Below, piece by piece: positions 41,697 through 55,145 of a stretch of DNA of 64,000 nucleotides. The notes under the pieces were generated by a model. It had not been told where the DNA came from. It worked only from the letters and a program-made list of their open reading frames with translations, and searched no databases. Origin of the DNA: Eledone cirrhosa (taxonomy: Eukaryota). The stretch covers positions 67,332,001 to 67,396,000 of the forward strand of contig OZ024747.1 of the NCBI GenBank assembly GCA_964016885.1, written 5' to 3'. Numbering within the stretch: position 1 is the first letter of the stretch; every line of letters begins with the position of its first letter. The position numbers were made by a program, and so were the translations under genes.

Positions 41697-42647
41697 AGAA
41701 AGGACTTGTTAATGGTAGAGGTGGGGTACAACAAATGCCACAAAATATTTTATTTGAAGCTCTCATGATTCTACATTTGGCACAAGGCCAGCAATTTGAA
41801 GGGAAGGGAAAGTAGATTAAATCGACCTCAGTGTGTTACTGGTACTTTATTTTATCAACCCACTCTGTATCATCCTGTACCTTCTCTATTATTTGCTTAA
41901 TGTCAGCCATGTGTGACTTATAAAGAGACCATTATTATTAATAATAAAGACTTAGTCTCTTTTATAACTTTTATTTTACACAAAGAAAAACCCATACTGT
42001 ATCATCCTGTAATGTCTTTAATGTTTCCTTAATGTGAGACCTGTGTGGCTAATAAATAAATCATTATTATTATTATTATTATGGTGGATTATTATTATTG
42101 TGGTGGATTGGTAGTATTGGTAGAGGGTCGGACGCCATGCTTTACAGTGTAGTTATGTCCCTTTATGTTCTGAGTTCAAATCCTGCCAAGGTTAACTTTG
42201 CGTTTCATCCTTACAGGGTCGATAAAATAAAGTACCAGTAATACACTGGGTAATTGCTGGCCTTGTGCCTAAAGTAAAAACATATATTATTATTTTTTGT
42301 TACATCCTCTGTTTTTGTTTTTTTTACACGCGAAATGCCCATTTGTACCATCCTGTATTGTCCTGTATTGTCCTGTATTGTCCTGTGCTGTCCTTAATGT
42401 CTTACTTTGTGTAAACCCTTGTGGTTAATAAAGAAAGCATTATTATTATTATTATTATCATTATTATTATAGTTTATTTTATATTTTCATTGTTAAATTG
42501 GTTTTGCTATTGTGCACTTTTACTCGAGCTTATTGTAAACCCCTACTGTCCCTGTGTTTGTATTGTCCCCTACTGTCTGTGTGTTTGTATTGTCCCCTAC
42601 ATGTCGGCCCTTGTGGCCAATAAATGAAATCCTTATTATTATTATTA

Positions 42648-42990
42648 AATCCAACACAATACCCTGATATTGTTATAAAAACAAACAACCCTCTAAAATG
42701 AAATCTAATTGATATTGTGGTCCCTCAAGACTAAATTGTGACTGAAATAGGAATGGAAAAGATCAATAAGTATGCAAACCTTGCAGATACTATTAGAACT
42801 GGGCACGATATAGAGACAGAAGTTGTACCAATCATTGTTGGGGCTCTAGGCATGGTCCCTAAACACCTTACGTTTTTAATCAAAAGCCTTGGGTTCCCTG
42901 ACTTCATGGGCAATGCCAAAATTTCTACTATCACTAGCACTGCCAGATATATTGAGCCTCTGAGATAAGGATTTGAGGACAATTAATGCT
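42648..42990 (+). mobile_element. RLE-type (R4/Dong/NeSL-like) LINE fragment encoding a restriction-like endonuclease
   Basis: PDIV..LIDIVVP..EKINKY..VVPIIVGALG motif, next to (ATT)n. Confidence 0.75.
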
Positions 42991-43398
42991 TCACCTAACA
43001 ACCAATTGCTAAAGAAACCTTTAAAAAATTAAAACTATTATTATTATTATTATTTCTTTTATTGACCACAACAGCCTATGATGTTGGGCACAATCCAAAG
43101 AGAAATTACAACACAAAGTAGGGTTTACAGCAAATAAAAAGGTCAGAATAAACAAAAATAATAAATGTAACAAAAAAATTCCCCCCATTAAAATTTCCCA
43201 ATGGGTGTGAAAACCACCAAGATTAAATCTGGGCAAAAAGCCCCTGTAAAATCTCAGATATTGTACTGTATTACCAAAGGCATTTGAAGTACACTTCTAC
43301 AGTTCATTGTGCAGGACATTCCATTGGCCGGATGTCAACTGAAGATTTCTAAAATTTCTTACAAGGAATATCCAGCTTATTATGTTTACAAAAGCCCT

Positions 43399-43488
<90 letters not shown>

Positions 43489-43646
43489 CAAGGTTACAAT
43501 GGTCTGAGTGAACTCTTCATATCTACATTTATGAGTGACAGGAAGAAAAAAAGAAAGGAAAAAAGAAAAATAGAAAAATGGGGAGGGAACAAACTCTATA
43601 TCTTTGGTTGGACTGTATATCTCATATATCTCACTCTACATATGTA

Positions 43647-43765
<119 letters not shown>

Positions 43766-43871
43766 ATATCGATGGAATTCTACTGGCCATTGAAATATAT
43801 CTAGTGTCTGCAGAAATAAATACTTTAAATGAATTTCAACTTTCCGCCCTCTTGTCACTTTATTCAATAAA

Positions 43872-44285
43872 CATCATCATCATCATCATCATTTTACGTC
43901 CGCTTTTCCCTGCTTGCAAGGGTGGGATGGGAACTGATTCTGGCTTGATTTCTACAGCTGGATGCCCTTCCTAACACCAACCTCATTTACAGTGAGTGCT
44001 GGGTGCTTTTTTTTTCTGTGGCACCTACACGTCCACTTTACAGTGAGTGCTGGGTGCTTTTTTTTCCGTGGCGCCTACACATCCACTTTACAGTGTGGGC
44101 TGGGTGCTTTTTTTTCCGTGGCGCCTACACATCCACTTTACAGTGTGGGCTGGGTGCTTTTTTTTCCGTGGCCTCTTTGCAGTGGAATGATAGGGATCCC
44201 AATCCTATCATCTCATTTCTACAGCTGAGTAAACTGGAGCAATGTGAAATAAAGTGTCTTGCTCAAGGAAACACTTCATTTCACA
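43872..44285 (-). mobile_element. SINE family B with internal ~50-bp tandem triplication
   Basis: Repeated unit tttacagtg.g.gctgggtgctttttttt..gtggc.cctacac. Confidence 0.8.
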
Positions 44286-44524
44286 TATATATATATTATA
44301 AGGAGTCGGGACCCTACGGCTGACCTCTTGCCATTTCAACAGCTAGTTCCAGACTTGATATATATATATATATATAAGTAGAAGTGGTATTTAATTTGTT
44401 GGAAGTCCGACAAACAAATGTTTATAACTGATTTAGAGCACTCAACAAGTTACTGGAGTAAATATTCAATGATATTAAATTATATATATATATATGTATA
44501 TGTATGTATATGTATATATATATG

Positions 44525-44556
<32 letters not shown>

Positions 44557-45279
44557 TATGTATGTATATGTATATATTAATTGTATGTGTGTGAGTATCT
44601 GTCCATTGCTTTTGCTGATATATCAACCTTGAGAACTATGATAATTCTGCTGGACACCTTAGATGGCTGGCTCCAACTGATAAAAAATAAAGACAAAACC
44701 AAATAGAACTTTTATTTCATAGTGTTTTCGGGTTATGTTGATCATTTTTTTTTTTTTTAGTGTATAACACATTTAATTTGAAATAATAAAATATATACAA
44801 TTGAATAGCTGGAAGGGAATGGCAAGGGCTCTAGGGGTCGATAGTGTAAAAATACACACACATGTAGACCAGGTCAGAAGATAGAGGAGCTGAACCCCCA
44901 CTGTCATTGCCTCCATCTCTCTTGCCCTCCCCCAGCTCTCACTATTATGAGCAAATGGGGTCCCATGCGCTGGCCGCCCCACAGCCCAGCACACAGAACA
45001 GAGAAGGGTTGTATTAACTTCTGAGTTTGTTTAGTTTTTGATTTCATCCTCTTTTTGTCAAGTTTTGATTTCATTTATTTTATGATTTCATAGAGATTGT
45101 GGGTTGTTTTTAGTTATTTTAAGAATTTTTTGTCACATTTAATTATTTACATGGCATTAAATTTATTTTAAACAATTTAGCCTTTTTTTATTCATTATGA
45201 AAATTATGAAAAAAATAGAATTTAAAACTGTGATAGTAAACATTTCAAGCTGTAAATTAGTTTATCAATTAGTATATAT

Positions 45280-45760
45280 ATGCTTCCCTGAGCATGGATA
45301 CATTGAAACTCCAACGTCTAGCAACTGACTTGGTAAACACCCACAAAATTATTAATCATCTTGCCAATGACAACCCTCAGTACCTTTTTGATTTCCATGT
45401 GACTAACACATGTGGGTATGCCTACAAAGTCAGAAAACAGCACAGTTCCCATGACTTTCGGAAACATTTTTTTCATTCTCAGAGTTGCTGAAGCATGGAA
45501 CAAACTACCTGCATCAGTTGTTAGTTGCCAGGACACTGCATCCTTTAAAACCTCCATGCTTCCCGATATTCACCAACACTACACCTGATATTCCGCCTCC
45601 GTACACACACACGCATGTATCTGCGTGTATATCATGACTCATACACTGTTCACTTTCCTGACATTTGTACATTATTCTATGTACTATACATGCACCTTTG
45701 CCGAGTTGTAGTGCACCTGAGCACTGTATGCAATAATTTCATTATTATTATTATTGTTAT
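45280..45760 (+). mobile_element. CR1/L2-like LINE 3' fragment
   Basis: TLKLQRLATDL..HKII..RKHFF..RVAEAWNKLP C-terminal motif, with an (ATT)n tail. Confidence 0.75.
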
Positions 45761-46116
45761 TATTATTATATATATATGTCTGTATGTCTGTATATTTATA
45801 TATATATATATACATAATTGTTTCTACTTTTGGCACAAGGCCAGCAATTACCCAGTGCATTATATATATATATATACATAATAATACAAGGACATCTATT
45901 GGTTGGTGATATGCATTTCGCTACTGATCAGCTGAAGGTTCAATCTGTATCGATCTGGTCCGACTCTGGAATCAAAAGCTCATCGGACTTCTGTAGTAGT
46001 AATGGTAGATTGGCAGTATCGGTAGAAGGTCGGACGTCATGCTTTGCAGCAAAGAGTTACGGCCCTTTACTGTCTGAGTTCAAATCCCGCCGAGGTTAAA
46101 GTGAAAGTTATCAATT

Positions 46117-46187
<71 letters not shown>

Positions 46188-46289
46188 AAAATACACACTT
46201 GGTTTGCATCATCCATTCCCCTTCATACGGCTCCTTCTTCAAGTGTGATGCTCTCTTCCAAACAGATATCGTCATCATAATACGCACAC

Positions 46290-46905
46290 CCATATATATA
46301 TATATAAAGTTGTACTTCCGATCTCTTTGTTTGTTTGTTCACAAGCTCATCCTATGGTTTTGGAGATAGACCCCCATAACCATATATATTCTGAAACTAC
46401 ATTGCCCAGGGTACTTGGATAAGTATATTTCATTTTAATAAAAGGGTTCCCTGGGGGTACAAACCCCCGCTGAAAATGTTTTCCCTTCGATTTATATGAA
46501 ATTTAAACCATAGGTAAATGACAAGATATGATGCCTGTTCACAAAATTTCAGCAAATTTCAATAATATTAAGACACCCTGATGGGGGTTAAACCCCCTAT
46601 AGTGAAAATTTTGGAAGCCTAAATAAAATAATGCTTTACACAAAATTGAAATGATGAAGTTTTGAATTGATATTTTGAAAAAAAATTATTTACAAGAAAC
46701 AAAATAAGAATAAGATTTAATAATGTAATTTTGATTTGATATATTACAAAAAATAATGTTTTCCAATTTTTCATGCATTTTACATTGAGTAATATTGAAA
46801 TACAGAGTTTTTCTCCATAAATTATATCACTGATTTAAAATCAATCATCATTTTCTTACAAAACAAATGTGTGAAACTCAGCAAGGTGCAAGAAATTCGG
46901 CTAGT
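46290..46905 (+). mobile_element. Possible non-autonomous Helitron-like element
   Basis: Starts in TA repeats with (TTTG)n and ends cggCTAG|t. The terminal hairpin is weak. Confidence 0.35.
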
Positions 46906-47056
46906 TTATGGTTATGTGGTTAGAGAATTGGATTCACAATTTTGAGGTTGTGAGTTCGATTCCTGGACCGGGCAATGCGTTATGTCCTTGAGCAAGACAC
47001 TTTATTTCATGTTGTTCCTTCTACCTGGAGTTGCGACCAATAGATAGTATTAGCAA

Positions 47057-47119
<63 letters not shown>

Positions 47120-47120
47120 C

Positions 47121-47152
<32 letters not shown>

Positions 47153-47220
47153 GTATTAAGGGTTTTATGTAAGCAAATAAATGACTTAAACTGAACTTTG
47201 ATTACTGTAATCTCTCTCTC

Positions 47221-47310
<90 letters not shown>

Positions 47311-47311
<1 letters not shown>

Positions 47312-49896
47312 ATGAAATGACAGGAGGCTGGATTTGTGTAAATCCTTGAAAGGTTTATTATACTATGATCATTTCAATGACCGGGTTCCGTATGAATCCG
47401 GTGATATCATCAGGTATTCGAAATATAATACGTGAATGTAATAGGTAAAATCCATGGGGCTGAAAATCGAGACCCGAGGGCGACCGCTATTCTGTTCCTT
47501 CAACCTCAGCCGGTCGCCCTGGAGTGACGTGGCTAAATTTTATAGTATGCTACTACCGCTAGCTGTCTCTTGAACTCTACATTTACTAGACAACGACTAT
47601 TGTTTGTTTATCTATATCTTCACATCTTTGTTTGCTGTATTAATGTCTTTCCACGTACTCTACCTCTATACATCCATGTACTTTTTACTCCCCTTATTCG
47701 GACTTTTACTCGCGTGCACCCTTAGCACACGACACAGGATTGCCCCCCCGGGAACATAAATACTGCAACCTGAACTATATTGTAATTCTCCTATGTCCTG
47801 ATTTCTCCATCTTACTCCAACACCACTCTTGTTGGTTTATTTACATGTTTATACCTATATATTGATATGTTTATATATTTATACCTCTGCTGTACCAATG
47901 TGCTCTTCCACGTATTCCACTTCTATGTATCCATGTATTTCTACTCCTCACATTGGGACCTGTACCCATTAGACACTAGAATGTCTCCTCCTGAGAACAA
48001 AAATTAAACATTACACGACTATATCCCGTACTCTACATCCCACTAGGATAAATTACAGATCTACATAATACAATTAACGTTTCTTCATAAAAGACTATTT
48101 AATTAAACCCCGCAACCCAAAACCTCATAGAAGTTATTTGAATGTCTAATCTTCAATTTTCTGTTTGTTCAACTCTCAATCCTCTTACTCCTTAGTTTTA
48201 TAATGTTATTCTGAATTCTTTCAACTTCATCCGATAGAGTTAAGCAAAATTCTAAAGTTCCAACTTTCTGTCGCACCGTTGGGTGGGTTTTAGCAGCGGC
48301 GCGACCGGCTCCCTGGCGAACGGGCTCACCTGGAGTGCTTGGAAAAATAAATTTCCCCTTCTTTCGGTAAATGAAAATACTCGGCATCGCTTAATTAGCC
48401 ATGGGGCCCGGGGCGCGGCCGGTGTTTTAACCGCCAAATAGTACCTTTAAATTACAGAACAAATCGGAAATATTAGATATATCAACCTGAAACTGTTGAG
48501 CTTTAAATTTTCTAACCTCTTTAATATGGAATATTGATTATTAATTTATTAATTTTTTAACTTCATCCTATAAGTCTAAACATTGTAACACACTGACCCC
48601 CAATATATTCACCTCTGCTAAGATGCGAGTCCCTGTGAAAATTTTGTCGCGCCACTCCTGGCCCGACTGTGGTGTGACATTAATATCGATCTTCCTTCCT
48701 CTCTCTTTCTATCTTCCTTCTTGTAGCTATCAACCATTACTCTTTTACTTCTCTAAGCAAAATTTTAAAGTTCCAACTTTCTGTCGGACTGTTGGGTGGG
48801 TTTTAATGGCGGCGCGACCAGCTCCCTGGCGAACGAGCTCACCTGGAGTGCTTGGAAAAATAAATTTCCCCTTCTTTCAGTAAATGAAAATACTCGGCGT
48901 GGCTTAATTCGCCATGGGGCCCGGGGCGCGGCCGTTGTTTTAACCGCCAAATAGTACCTTTAAATTACAGAACAAATCGGAACTATTATATAATTAAATG
49001 TTAAACTGTTGAACTTTAAATTTTCTAACCTCTTTAATATTGAATATTGATTATTAATTTTTTTAACTTCATCCTAGAAGTCTAAACACTGTAAAACACT
49101 GACTCCCAATATATTCATCTCCGCTAAGATGCGGGTCCCTGTGAAAATTTTCTCGCGCCACTCCTGGCTTGACTGTGGTCTGACATTAATATCGACCTTT
49201 CTTCCTCTTTCTTTCTATCTTCCTTCTTGTAGCCATCAACCCTTACTTTTCTACTTCTCTCTTCCCTTCCTTCTCTTCTCCCCTCCTCCTGTCTTCCTCC
49301 CGCAGACTTATCTTCCTTCCCCCTCTTGCTTGCCTATATCTGACCAGTAGTAGTTGCCTTCCTCTTTTAGCTGACATTAACCCTGGCTTCTCTTCTTCTT
49401 TCTTCCCCCTTCTTCTCCTTCCTTTCTTTCTTTCTTTTACCTTGTGTCATGGGATCGACGTTAACCTATGCTCCCATCCCTTTCTGTTTTCGTTCATCTG
49501 ACCGGTAGTAGCATACTATAAAATTTAGCCACGTCACTCCAGGGCGACCGGCTGAGGTTGAAGGAACAGAATAGCGGTCGCCCTCGGGTCTCGATTTTCA
49601 GCCCCATGGATTTTACCTATTACATTCACGTATTATATTTCGAATACCTGATGATATCACCGGATTCATACGGAACCCGGTCATTGAAATGATCATAGTA
49701 TAATAAACCTTTCAAGGATTTACACAAATCCAGCCTCCTGTCATTTCATTATAATATTTAACTCCGTAATAGCACCACCAACTACAAAAACAAAGACGGT
49801 TGAACTGCTTTACGTTGAGTACTCTCTATATTATTGCATTACGATTGACCATACGGAATAGACCAGCTCTATACAGTGGTGAACCTCAAACCTGAA

Positions 49897-49900
<4 letters not shown>
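47311..49900 (+). mobile_element. Non-coding element with 248-bp inverted repeats carrying hammerhead motifs (probable non-autonomous Penelope-like element)
   Basis: 47311-47558 is the reverse complement of 49503-49750. Internal ~513-bp tandem duplication (48241-48753 and 48754-~49260). Embedded in (TA)n. Confidence 0.75.
49644..49701 (+). ncRNA. Type I hammerhead-like ribozyme motif with palindromic stem III (mirror copy at 47360-47417, minus strand)
   Basis: atac-CTGATGA-tatcaccgg(attcatacggaac)ccggtcatt-GAAA-TGATCA-TA-gtat. The stem II closing pair is T-T, which is atypical. Confidence 0.6.
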
Positions 49901-49942
<42 letters not shown>

Positions 49943-50500
49943 ATTAGTTTGATTTCTACATATTATGCACTTCTGTGTTTGTTATTTACATAACTACCTT
50001 CGTTAAGAGCTTTGGTGCACTTTTCAAACCATTTGAATTTAACCAGCAATAGTGTGCTTTTTTCTAACGGTGGAATTTTAGTCCCTTCCTCTTTAGAAGG
50101 TCACGTGATGCTGCCAGAGTGTGAAACTGCTACCACTGTCACAGTGGGATTAAGTTTTGACTCTGCTAGTATCTCAGACAAATTCCCTCACTAGTATTAG
50201 GACTGAACTCCACCAAAGATTCACCCATTGGTCCTGGCTACATGAAGTTTATAAATAATTTTTTTTCAGAAATACCATTTGTGATGTTTGCTAATTCATA
50301 AACTGCGCATAAGATGCAGCGATGAAACTGTACAGTTTGGAGCATTCTCTGTGTTCCTATACTAATTTGTTTATCTATTATGTAACATATTGTGTCCACT
50401 CTGATTTGCAGATTCATATTTACAACATACAACTTTTTAAAATTCATTAAGTAAATGGATTGCAACAAAGCTAAATGAAATCTAATTGTCTGGCTCATTA

Positions 50501-51438
50501 TCTATATATATATATAACTGAGGATGTCTGTCTGCGTGTGTGTGAGTTTGAATCCCTAAAACTCGAGAAACACCCAACCGACTCTTTTCAAACTTTACAC
50601 ATGTAATACTTATGTTTCAGGAAGTGTTCTGAGCAAAGAAAATAACAAATTTTCAATGCCTTAGGGACCGCATTAGGCGATTTAGCGATCTCTCTCTATA
50701 ATTCTTAGTCTTTCTCTTTTTAGATACATACATATAACGTCACACCCTTATAACATGTCTGTATGTCTAGCTGTCTGCATTACGTCACTTCCCTGAGGAT
50801 GTCTGTGTGTGTGTGTGAGTGTGTGTGTGTGTGCGCGCGTCTGTGAGTTTGAATCCTTAAAACTCGAGAAGTACCCAACCGATTTTTTTCAAACTTTACA
50901 TGTGTATTACTTGTTTCAGGGAGTGTTATGCATATAAAATTCAACTTTTTGATCTCCTAGGGCCCGCATTAGGTGAAAAACTGCGTTTTTAAAGCTTTTT
51001 AGAGGTTTTTTGAGGCGTTATGTCAGACCGATTTCCTTCAAATTGTAACAATGTATTAGTCAGTCTCTTCTTCATACCGTGAGCAAAGAAAATCCAACTT
51101 TTTTTATGGCCTAAGGCCCGCATTATGTGATAAACTTCATTGTTCAGCTTCTTAGGGCTTTTTCGAGGCGTTACGTCTAGTCGATTTTCCCGAAATTTAA
51201 AGACATATTATGCACATAAAAAAAATTCATTTTCTTGATTCCCTAGGACCCGCATTAGATGAAAACCTGCATTTTTCCTGCTTCATCGAGGAAAATCTTA
51301 AAGATTATCCAGCCATCAAAGTATTCGTTTTATTTTCTTTACATATTGTGCTGGCATGCAGTTTTTCCACGATTAGGTCTGTTGGCGGCCCACATTCCAA
51401 AATACCTTATCCCGTGCAACGCCGGGTATCACTGCTAG
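50501..51438 (+). mobile_element. Non-autonomous Helitron (938 bp)
   Basis: A|TC 5' end, 3' hairpin cccgtgcaacgccggg followed by CTAG|T, no TSD. Internal subrepeats (ctgaggatgtctgt.., cccgcatta). Confidence 0.8.
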
Positions 51439-51869
51439 TAATTCATATATCTGTCCATCTTCAAATCACTTCTTTTTCTTCAGTAGATATTTTTTCTCCC
51501 ATTTTTGTCCATTATGGTGTTGACTTTCAGTCTCCTTTCCTGTGTAAGATTTTTTACAAGTTGAAATGCCTTCCTTAAGGTATTTTTACAAAGGCTAACC
51601 TTATTGTCTTCACATTATTCAGCTACCCATGGCAGATTTATTTCCTTCATTTCACTTTTGATCTTTTGATTATTTTGTCCTTCCTCTCTGTTGTGCCTTT
51701 TTCTTTCTTTATTTCACATATTGTATCACACATATCCAGAATCATATTTGGGACTAGACAGGGTAGGTGATCATGCATTGCTCATATGCCCAGCTTGGGG
51801 CTTGATCTTAACACTGCAATGACAGAGACAGCTAAGGCTTAATATTTTCAATATTAAGGCCAAGTTAGG

Positions 51870-52225
51870 ATGGTAGATTGGCTGTATCAGTAGAGTGTCG
51901 GACAACATACTTCACAGCATAGAGTTATAGTCCTTTGCATTCTGATTTCAAATCCAGCCGAGGTTAGCTTTGCCTTTCATCCTTTTACAAGGTCGATAAA
52001 ATAAAGTACCAGTAATGTACTGGGTGGCCTTGTGCCAAAAGTAGAAACAATTATTATTATTATTGGACGCCATGCTTTGACACATTTAGTTACAGCCCTT
52101 TCCATTCTGAGTTCAAATCCCGTCAAGGTTAACTTTGCCTTTCATCCTTACGGGGTCAATAAAATAAAGTACCAGTAATGTACTGGGTAATTGCTGGCCT
52201 TGTGCCAAAAGTAGAAACAATTATT
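51870..52225 (+). mobile_element. Two tandem SINE family A copies
   Basis: Two consecutive units, each ending ccaaaagtagaaacaattatt. Confidence 0.8.
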
Positions 52226-52540
52226 AAGACCAAGTTTGAGTCCTGATCACACAGGTGAAACTCTAGCATAACAGGACTCTAACTTGACTTTAATAAAGAA
52301 TATGTATGTATATGTGTGAGTGTGTATGTGTGTGAGTGTGTGTGTGAGTGTGTGTGTGTGTGTGTGAGTGTGTGTGTGTATTAGACTGGAAAATGGATGT
52401 TAAATGATTATGTTGATGATGATGACAATGACATATCTATATACACACACAAACACATCATCATCAATTAACGTCTATCTTCCATGCTAGCATGGGTTAG
52501 ACATATATAAATATCTATATATATAATCGTCATTCATTAA

Positions 52541-52596
<56 letters not shown>

Positions 52597-52693
52597 CCGA
52601 CAGACCATGGTGTAATCCACACATCCCTGTTCTGTTAACCCCTTACTATATATATATGCATATATATATATGTATATATGTATATATAAATAT

Positions 52694-52753
<60 letters not shown>

Positions 52754-52762
52754 TGATATATA

Positions 52763-52803
<41 letters not shown>

Positions 52804-53323
52804 GGAAAAAATGAAACGATATTTCATTTCCCACTCTTAGTACGGCTGTTACTTAAATATAAGTATGTACACGTACATACATATATGTATACCGACGTAC
52901 AGTAGTATGTATATATATACATACATGCACACATATATATATGCACGTATGGATTCACCGAATATTTATTATAATGCTCGGTGTGTTTGTAAACAAACAT
53001 CCCGTATTAAGCCGTAGTGTCTAGCAACCACCGTTGCTCGTTTGTTCAACACTGACAAAGGAACGCTGTACTAGTTTCAAGCTTGTTAGCTATCGTCAGC
53101 AACGTATACCTTCCTGCCAGATTGTTGAACGTATATACTTACCTTATGCATATTAACGGCTGAGTAGCCCAATTTGCATATCGAGTGGGTTAATCGGCCG
53201 GGTGCACCGAAAACGATAAACGGAAAAAATGAAACGATATTTCATTTCCCACTCTTAGTACGGCTGTTACTTAAATATAAGTATGTACACGTACACGTAC
53301 ATACATATATGTATACCGACGTA

Positions 53324-53423
<100 letters not shown>

Positions 53424-53861
53424 AACAAAGGTACATAATACATACATACATACTCATATATTAAATGGTAATTGTTCTCAGAAGTATATTACTATGTTTC
53501 TTTGAAAAATATTTACTCTTCTCATTTTCCCATTTTGCAACACAAACCTAGTTTATTTTTACCTTCTGTTGCTGGATTTCCAGCAACATTAACAGTATTG
53601 TATAACAAAGTATTTTCTATTACCGAAGTGTGCAGTGTGGGGTTTTCTATTTTTACCTTGAGAAACCTCATATATTTAGATATTAACGAAGAAGACATGT
53701 TTAAAATCACTTGTACTTGGGTATTATTTATATATATATATATTTATTTATTTATTTTATTTATATATATCTGTGTGTGTGTGCGTATATATATATATAT
53801 TTATTTTATTTATATCTGTGTGTGTATATATATATATATATATATGTAAATATATATATGT

Positions 53862-53892
<31 letters not shown>

Positions 53893-53999
53893 CACATATA
53901 TATATATATATATATATGAATGTGTGTGTGTGTGTATACACATACGTATATACATATATATATATATATATACACACATACATATATACATATATATAT

Positions 54000-54243
54000 A
54001 TCATCATCAACATTTTACGTCCACTTTCCCTGCTTGAAAGGGAACTGATTCTGGCTTGATTTCTACAGCTGGATGCCCTTCCTAACACCAGCCTCATTTA
54101 CAGTGAGTGCTGGGTGCTTTTTTGCCGTGGCACCTCCACGACCACTTTGCAGTGGAATGATATGGACCCCAGTCCCTATCATCTCATTTCTACAGCTGAG
54201 TAAACTGGAGCAATGTGAAAGTGTCTTGCTCAAGGAAACAACA
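54000..54243 (-). mobile_element. SINE family B
   Basis: Same body and tail as 61448-61779. Confidence 0.8.
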
Positions 54244-54399
54244 CATACATATATATATATACATATATATATATACATATATACATATATATATACATAT
54301 ACATATATATATATATATACATATATGTGTGTGTATATATATATATATACATATATACATATATATATATATACATATATATATACATATATGTGTGTG

Positions 54400-54453
<54 letters not shown>

Positions 54454-55145
54454 CATACATATATATGTGTGTGTGTATTTGTATGCCGGGTTCATTCGGG
54501 GGTAACCATAGTAAGTAAGGTATCCAAAACAATGGCTTTCCTGATGATTTCCTTTGAATGAAACAGTTCTAGTTCTGTAGAAACCATTTCTATATTAAAT
54601 ATATATATATATAGTTGTTAGTTACAGGTGGTGCACCATTCGATGCTGTCACCAAGGTCTAACTATTGTGGAGGGTTTTTACACCCATGTTATCAATGGT
54701 CATTAGTGGCTGTAACATGTTAATAATAAGAAGGCTGGAGCAAACATATACATATTATATTCATACATAACACGTGTTTCATTATCAATTAGCTCATGGT
54801 ACAATCAATCACAACTTTGTAATCGATAGCTCTTCAGATATATGACTCTTTATTTGTAAATGCTTACATCAAAATGGGTGCGAAATGGCTAGGCCATCCT
54901 TTTTGTATATATAGCTTCAAGTGGAAGGGGTGTTATTTGCCAGTGCAGCTGCACCCACACCAAGAAGAACAACAGCAATAACAAGAACAACATTTACATA
55001 ACTAAAGTTAATTATATATAAGTAGATAAAAAAAGAAAGAGGTGAAAACATAACTCAGGAACTGGTAACTCACAATCTCTCTCCCTCTCTCTCTTTCTCT
55101 CTCTCTCTCTATATATATATATATAGTATATATATATATATATAT

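Noticed and set aside
53135-53146. atacttacct, resembling the U1 snRNA 5' end
   Set aside because: The following sequence does not match U1; it is the reverse complement of a splice donor.
53522-53710. 62-aa non-repetitive ORF
   Set aside because: No convincing splice signals or recognisable motif.
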